Position numbers and translations under genes: made by a program. Under the pieces are notes generated by a model, which ran no database searches, was not told where the DNA came from, and saw nothing but the letters and a program-made list of their open reading frames with translations. Shown in pieces: positions 60,176-64,000 of a DNA stretch of 64,000 nt; position 1 is the stretch's first letter; each line of letters begins with the position of its first letter. The DNA is from an uncultured virus (IMG/VR IMGVR_UViG_3300026203_000001) (lineage: Duplodnaviria > Heunggongvirae > Uroviricota > Caudoviricetes), in IMG/VR virus record IMGVR_UViG_3300026203_000001; one strand, given 5' to 3'.

Positions 60176-60307
60176 CTAAAATCTTTTTTTCTTAGAATCT
60201 CTTACCATTTTATTAAACTTTTTACTTTGTTTTGGACTCATACCACAAAAATAGTTTAATAAGTTGCCTTCATATTGATCGGCAAGTTTGATTAAATCAT
60301 CATTCAT
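60176..60307 (-). CDS. Small hypothetical protein (43 aa)
   Basis: MNDDLIKLADQYEGNLLNYFCGMS...; TAATG coupling. Confidence 0.55.
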   Translation of the reverse strand: MNDDLIKLADQYEGNLLNYFCGMSPKQSKKFNKMVRDSKKKRF

Positions 60308-60411
60308 TACTTTCTATCCTTTTGTATAGCGTGGTAGTCTAGGGTAGTTGCTATTGCTTTACCAGTTATGAATAAAGCATAACAACCGCCTATAAGAATG
60401 AATAATTCCAT
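60307..60411 (-). CDS. Small membrane peptide (34 aa)
   Basis: MELFILIGGCYALFITGKAIATTLDY...; TAATG coupling at both ends. Confidence 0.55.
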   Translation of the reverse strand: MELFILIGGCYALFITGKAIATTLDYHAIQKDRK

Positions 60412-60545
60412 TAGTAAGTACCTCTAAGTGAGTTTTTACTGTTGTTAAACTGATCTATAAGAATCTCAGTTTTAGCGTTTTGTTTCGCTATTTCCTTATC
60501 TGCAAATTTGATAAGTCTGTGAAGCATTTTTAAATCCTTATCCAT
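60411..60545 (-). CDS. Small hypothetical protein (likely start MDKDLK)
   Basis: AACACT immediately precedes the ATG at 60545; promoter TTGCAT-N17-TATATT at 60581-60609 lies within the longer ORF call. Confidence 0.6.
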   Translation of the reverse strand: MDKDLKMLHRLIKFADKEIAKQNAKTEILIDQFNNSKNSLRGTY

Positions 60546-60624
60546 AGTGTTGGTTAAGTTAGTGTTGTTTGTATATAACCAATATAAGGGATAATTAAGC
60601 ATAATGCAATAGGAAAAACTGATT

Positions 60625-60867
60625 TTAACATTTTCTTAACAATTCATCTTTTTTTCCATCAATATATCCCTTTTTATAGGACTCTTGACTAATTTCGCTG
60701 ATATTCTCTATTTCTTGCTCAGTTAAACCTGATTCTTCAAAAATTAAAGCATTATCTGAAAATTCTCTTAATGTTTCAATAACTTCTTCAAAAGTGAAAT
60801 TTCGATTAATCGCATTTTCTCCGTATGCAATTTCAAAAACTTCTTCGATAAACTGTTTTTGGTTCAT
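60625..60867 (-). CDS. Small acidic hypothetical protein
   Basis: 80 aa, Glu-rich, coupled. Confidence 0.65.
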   Translation of the reverse strand: MNQKQFIEEVFEIAYGENAINRNFTFEEVIETLREFSDNALIFEESGLTEQEIENISEISQESYKKGYIDGKKDELLRKC

Positions 60868-61091
60868 TACTTAGAATCCTCCATAATTTCGCTAGTATCT
60901 TGAATTGTAAACTCATAATCAACATTATCATTAATATCCACATAATTACAATCTAAAAAACTTTCAAATTGGCAATTTTGTAAATGGTTATTCTTCAGAT
61001 AATAAAATGTTATGTTATCATCAGGTTTACAAGTTGATTTTTCATAATCAACAAATAAACCCAATTCTTCAATTAGTTCCTTAATTTTCAC
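60867..61091 (-). CDS. Small acidic hypothetical protein (GTG start)
   Basis: 74 aa; AAGGAG upstream. Confidence 0.6.
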   Translation of the reverse strand: MKIKELIEELGLFVDYEKSTCKPDDNITFYYLKNNHLQNCQFESFLDCNYVDINDNVDYEFTIQDTSEIMEDSK

Positions 61092-61225
61092 TTGATTAAC
61101 TCCTTATGTAATTTGATTAAAATGTCAGAATTAACATCAATAATTTCATTTTTCTTGTCATCATTTTCTGAATAATGAAAGTTTAAACACTCTATCATAT
61201 AGAGGATTTCTTTTTGTGTAAACAT
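61088..61225 (-). CDS. Small hypothetical protein (45 aa)
   Basis: MFTQKEILYMIECLNFHYSE...; fills the gap with coupled ends. Confidence 0.55.
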   Translation of the reverse strand: MFTQKEILYMIECLNFHYSENDDKKNEIIDVNSDILIKLHKELIK

Positions 61226-61425
61226 TATACAATTCCCTCTTCGATTAATCCCATTATGTTCCCTGTTTCATCAATTATTTCCCCAGTTTTGTTATCTCTA
61301 ACACAACTGTATTCATAATCACAACCAAATTCAAAGGATAAATCCTTTGCTTTTTCTAAATCATCAGTAAATACCTCTGAATTAAATAATCTGGGTGTTT
61401 CAACTGTGTATTTGAAATTTTCCAT
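61225..61425 (-). CDS. Small acidic hypothetical protein
   Basis: 66 aa behind a strong promoter. Confidence 0.65.
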   Translation of the reverse strand: MENFKYTVETPRLFNSEVFTDDLEKAKDLSFEFGCDYEYSCVRDNKTGEIIDETGNIMGLIEEGIV

Positions 61426-61454
61426 TTGTTTTAGTGTTGTTTTGTTTATAATTT

Positions 61455-61503
61455 ATTATTGCATATATTTCTGGTATATGTCAATAATGAAATATTAAGA
61501 AAT
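61455..61503 (-). promoter_or_regulatory. Promoter TTGACA-N18-AATAAT with upstream ATTTCTTAATATTTCA box
   Basis: Consensus -35, TGn extension, spacer palindrome CATATA-N7-TATATG. Confidence 0.72.
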
Positions 61504-61505
61504 AA

Positions 61506-61730
61506 TTAATTATTTTCCCATTTGATTTTCTTTTCTGAATTTGCTATATCAAAACAAATTTCGCAAAGGCAATCAGCATCAGGAAAATGATCTCGCCAAT
61601 TATATTTTTCCTCTATTGGACTATCCCAATAGTAATATAAATCAGGTTGATAATCTGGTAACGCTCTAATAGACGGTTCTCCGTCAGTATGCTCATCATC
61701 AAAATTACCGCATACGTCACATAATGCCAT
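61506..61730 (-). CDS. Small Cys-rich (CxxC...CxCxxC) putative zinc-binding protein
   Basis: MALCDVCG...DCLCEICF. Confidence 0.65.
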   Translation of the reverse strand: MALCDVCGNFDDEHTDGEPSIRALPDYQPDLYYYWDSPIEEKYNWRDHFPDADCLCEICFDIANSEKKIKWENN

Positions 61731-61984
61731 TATGCCACCCCCATTTTTGATAATGTTTGATTAGTTGCTCTACGCTCTATAACAAAATCTCTTACTCTCT
61801 CTCTATCAAGAGAATCCCCACCGCCCCAAGTAACGTGAGTGCCTACTTCACATAGGTCAAGTAAATTTAAAGTTGCAAGTGCTAATTCTTCCCTAGTTAA
61901 ACCATCAATAGGGTAAAGTACATCAGGGTGACTAGGTGAATAGAATGATTCACAATAATCAAGAAATTCTTTAAAGTTGTCCAT
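61730..61984 (-). CDS. Hypothetical protein (likely start MDNFKE)
   Basis: AACACT directly before ATG 61984; YCESFY...LYPI...WGGGDSLDRERVRD. Confidence 0.65.
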   Translation of the reverse strand: MDNFKEFLDYCESFYSPSHPDVLYPIDGLTREELALATLNLLDLCEVGTHVTWGGGDSLDRERVRDFVIERRATNQTLSKMGVA

Positions 61985-62069
61985 AGTGTTTTTTGTATAT
62001 GAATCCATCATAACATAAAATAATGGATAATGGATATTTGAATTGTTAAGAAATAATTAAATTGCTAAT

Positions 62070-62285
62070 TTAAAAATCCTCTTTTAATTGTATTTTGTAG
62101 TCGATTGATTTAATGCACCAACCTGCGTTAGCGGTCACTTCTTCGATTAAATCGTCAGGGTCAGTTGCTTCCCATAAACCTAAATTGTCATTGATTATTA
62201 GTTTTTGGTCATCAAATGATACACTATAATAATCTGGTAAATCTTCATTGAAGTCAAATTCAATATCGGTTACTAAGTACTGCAT
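62070..62285 (-). CDS. Small acidic hypothetical protein
   Basis: 71 aa; VTDIEFDF...DDLIEEVT...GWCIKSIDY. Confidence 0.65.
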   Translation of the reverse strand: MQYLVTDIEFDFNEDLPDYYSVSFDDQKLIINDNLGLWEATDPDDLIEEVTANAGWCIKSIDYKIQLKEDF

Positions 62286-62286
62286 A

Positions 62287-62550
62287 TTAACCCTTCGCTT
62301 CCATTTTTTGTTGAAATGCGATTCTATCCCTTTCTTCGGGTGTAGTCACTCTCTCAGGGTCATATTGAGAGTTATATGCTTCTTGAAAGTCAAATCCTAG
62401 CATACCGTCAACGATTTCCTGTAATTCGTCAATATCATTTTCAAATTGACTAAACCAAAAATCTTGATTCATAGGGTGTAAGGACTCATTTTCCTTACGA
62501 TAGTTTTCTAGGTCGGTTTGGAACTGTTCTAAAATTTTCTCAAAGTTCAT
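62287..62550 (-). CDS. Small acidic hypothetical protein
   Basis: 87 aa after an AACACT leader. Confidence 0.65.
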   Translation of the reverse strand: MNFEKILEQFQTDLENYRKENESLHPMNQDFWFSQFENDIDELQEIVDGMLGFDFQEAYNSQYDPERVTTPEERDRIAFQQKMEAKG

Positions 62551-62605
62551 AGTGTTGTTTTTAACTATTTGTATATTAAATCATTTTGTATCAAATACAA
62601 TAAAA

Positions 62606-62633
62606 GGTGTGACAATATTTTTACTGTCACACC
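62606..62633. repeat. Inverted repeat GGTGTGACA-N10-TGTCACACC (terminator or protein-binding site)
   Basis: Perfect 9-bp arms in an intergenic gap, followed by TTTT on the minus strand. Confidence 0.75.
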
Positions 62634-62639
62634 CTCAAA

Positions 62640-63014
62640 TTATTTGTTGAATTGATCGTAAAAATCGTCACTATTCAGTATTGGCAACTGTTCATAAGAT
62701 AAACGATTTTCTGGGTCAGGTTGCATAAATGCAACTACATCATCAGTAAAACTTGTAATATCGCCTTCATAGGCACTATAATAAGTGTTTTCAAACTCAT
62801 AATCTTCCCATTGAGCATTTTCCCATTTTAATAAATCCCAAGTAAAAACATCTTCTTCAACATCAGATGAGTAATTTTCATACTGTTCTCTTGTCATTAC
62901 AACTTCTTCTAAAAGAAATCTTCTTCTTACAAGTGTAACTAGATTATCTGAGTCTAATTTTTCTTGACCCATATTAGACGCTATCGCCTGTTGTGTAGGT
63001 GTTAATTTGCTCAT
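62640..63014 (-). CDS. Highly acidic hypothetical protein
   Basis: 124 aa, D/E- and aromatic-rich. Confidence 0.7.
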   Translation of the reverse strand: MSKLTPTQQAIASNMGQEKLDSDNLVTLVRRRFLLEEVVMTREQYENYSSDVEEDVFTWDLLKWENAQWEDYEFENTYYSAYEGDITSFTDDVVAFMQPDPENRLSYEQLPILNSDDFYDQFNK

Positions 63015-63154
63015 TGGTTGTAAACCTCATAATGTTGAATTGTATCGAGTGCTTCGATTTGATGATCGTTTAACTCAAAGTCCATATCTCTGAGTATATC
63101 ATACAGTTTAACCATATTGTAAACTTGATCGTTAGTCAATGGTATGTTAATCAT
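63011..63154 (-). CDS. Small hypothetical protein (47 aa)
   Basis: MINIPLTNDQVYNMVKLYDILRDMDFEL...; ATGA coupling. Confidence 0.55.
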   Translation of the reverse strand: MINIPLTNDQVYNMVKLYDILRDMDFELNDHQIEALDTIQHYEVYNQ

Positions 63155-63362
63155 TTTCTATACCTCGCATTGAATCATCAAATTTATAATAGGTGTATAA
63201 CCACTCAAACTCATTTGTTAGTGGTTCAATTCCATCTACAACAAATTCATCAAATAATGCTCTTGAGTCCGCTGTACGGTTCTCATCAACTGCTCTAATA
63301 GTGCTTTGCATTATTGTGTCAATTAAGACATCAATAGATTTATCTAGTGATTCTGTTTTCAT
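63147..63362 (-). CDS. Small hypothetical protein (likely start MKTESL)
   Basis: ATG at 63362 follows the upstream stop, with GAGG upstream. Confidence 0.6.
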   Translation of the reverse strand: MKTESLDKSIDVLIDTIMQSTIRAVDENRTADSRALFDEFVVDGIEPLTNEFEWLYTYYKFDDSMRGIEND

Positions 63363-63363
63363 T

Positions 63364-63531
63364 TTAAAAATCCTCAAGTGTTAAATTGTTTACTGCATCA
63401 TAAACTTTATCTTCCATTGTGTCAAAAGTTTCTGTATCATATAAATCACTCCTATATTTCATTGTTTTAGGGTGTGATAATAACCTAGTGAGTGATTGAT
63501 GCTCTTCGATTGATAGTTTGATTATAGGCAT
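63364..63531 (-). CDS. Small hypothetical protein (55 aa)
   Basis: MPIIKLSIEEHQSLTRLLSHP...; GAGGA upstream. Confidence 0.55.
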   Translation of the reverse strand: MPIIKLSIEEHQSLTRLLSHPKTMKYRSDLYDTETFDTMEDKVYDAVNNLTLEDF

Positions 63532-63689
63532 AAGTCCTCGAACCTCTTACCAACTGTGGCATCTATAGCAACCATATCAAGATCGGACTCTTTAACATTG
63601 AATCCTGCTTTTCTTAGATTTTCGAGTGACTCGGCAACAACTTCATCATAAAGTGTTTCTAAGATTGACTCGTGATGTAAAACTGACAT
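63522..63689 (-). CDS. Small hypothetical protein (55 aa)
   Basis: MSVLHHESILETLYDEV...KRFEDLCL; AACACT leader and a TTGAAA promoter upstream. Confidence 0.6.
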   Translation of the reverse strand: MSVLHHESILETLYDEVVAESLENLRKAGFNVKESDLDMVAIDATVGKRFEDLCL

Positions 63690-63732
63690 AATAGTGTTTT
63701 GTTTCTTGATTTAATATTAAACGATAATGTGA

Positions 63733-63966
63733 CTATTTCAAGTTTGGTAGTGACACTTTCTTATCTGTCATAGCATAGAACACTTTTTCAAATGTTGCTT
63801 TGCTATCTTTTAATTTGTTCTTTTTGTACCATACTCTATACATATCAACGGTATTTGATGTATCATTACCTTTTGTTTCATTGTTATAGAATGTAAAAAA
63901 GAACATCATAGAGTCAATTAAAATCTGTTGCTCTGTTTCATTTAATGTTATGTTAAATTGTTTCAT
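63733..63966 (-). CDS. Hypothetical protein
   Basis: 77-aa ORF in the same orientation. Confidence 0.6.
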   Translation of the reverse strand: MKQFNITLNETEQQILIDSMMFFFTFYNNETKGNDTSNTVDMYRVWYKKNKLKDSKATFEKVFYAMTDKKVSLPNLK

Positions 63967-64000
63967 AATTACATATAGAATGAAGTTGGTCTTTTAGAAA

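Noticed and set aside
58700..62060. Early-region intergenic repeats as a CRISPR-like mini-array
   Set aside because: Copies are degenerate, irregularly spaced and separated by full ORFs; they are better explained as promoter cassettes.
62587..62600. TGTAT-CAA-ATACA dyad as an NtcA site
   Set aside because: Spacing is GTA-N5-TAC, not the required GTA-N8-TAC.
62608..62631. TGTGA...TCACA as a CRP box
   Set aside because: Half-sites are 14 nt apart rather than 6.
1..64000. tRNA, rRNA, introns or inteins
   Set aside because: No cloverleaf, rRNA-like or splice-element signatures seen; intergenic gaps are short and large ORFs are uninterrupted. A covariance-model scan was not possible.

Overview
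This is an AT-rich segment of a T4-like marine cyanomyovirus genome. The low GC and pcyA point to a Prochlorococcus/Synechococcus-type host (inference). Every credible gene is on the minus strand. In transcription order (right to left) it has two parts. (1) About 57.2-64 kb is an early, hypervariable region of short and mostly acidic ORFs, including an ArdA-like antirestriction protein and a degenerate HNH gene. These are organised in repeated cassettes of a sigma70-like promoter, a hairpin and an AACACT leader. (2) About 0-57 kb is the late morphogenesis region: NlpC/P60, 2OG-Fe(II) oxygenases, PAAR, gp25, gp6, a 6603-aa gp7-like baseplate giant, YHYH and gp9-like proteins, gp8, a 2397-aa structural protein, a 2037-aa fibre, gp13/14/15/16, a Lys-rich putative internal head polyprotein, a thermonuclease, pcyA, and the 5' end of gp17. 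The main observation is that the giant baseplate protein carries about 7 nested helical repeats that align by eye with the phycobiliprotein (globin-like) fold, including the chromophore-binding Cys-x-x-Asp motif. The bilin reductase gene pcyA sits in the late operon, overlapping the gp17 start codon. Together these suggest a possible bilin-decorated, light-responsive virion; this is a hypothesis only. Other signals are strong palindrome avoidance (AGCT, CATG, CTGCAG) and a roughly 3.5 kb GATC-free zone around ardA. All family calls come from motif recognition, with no database searches run.
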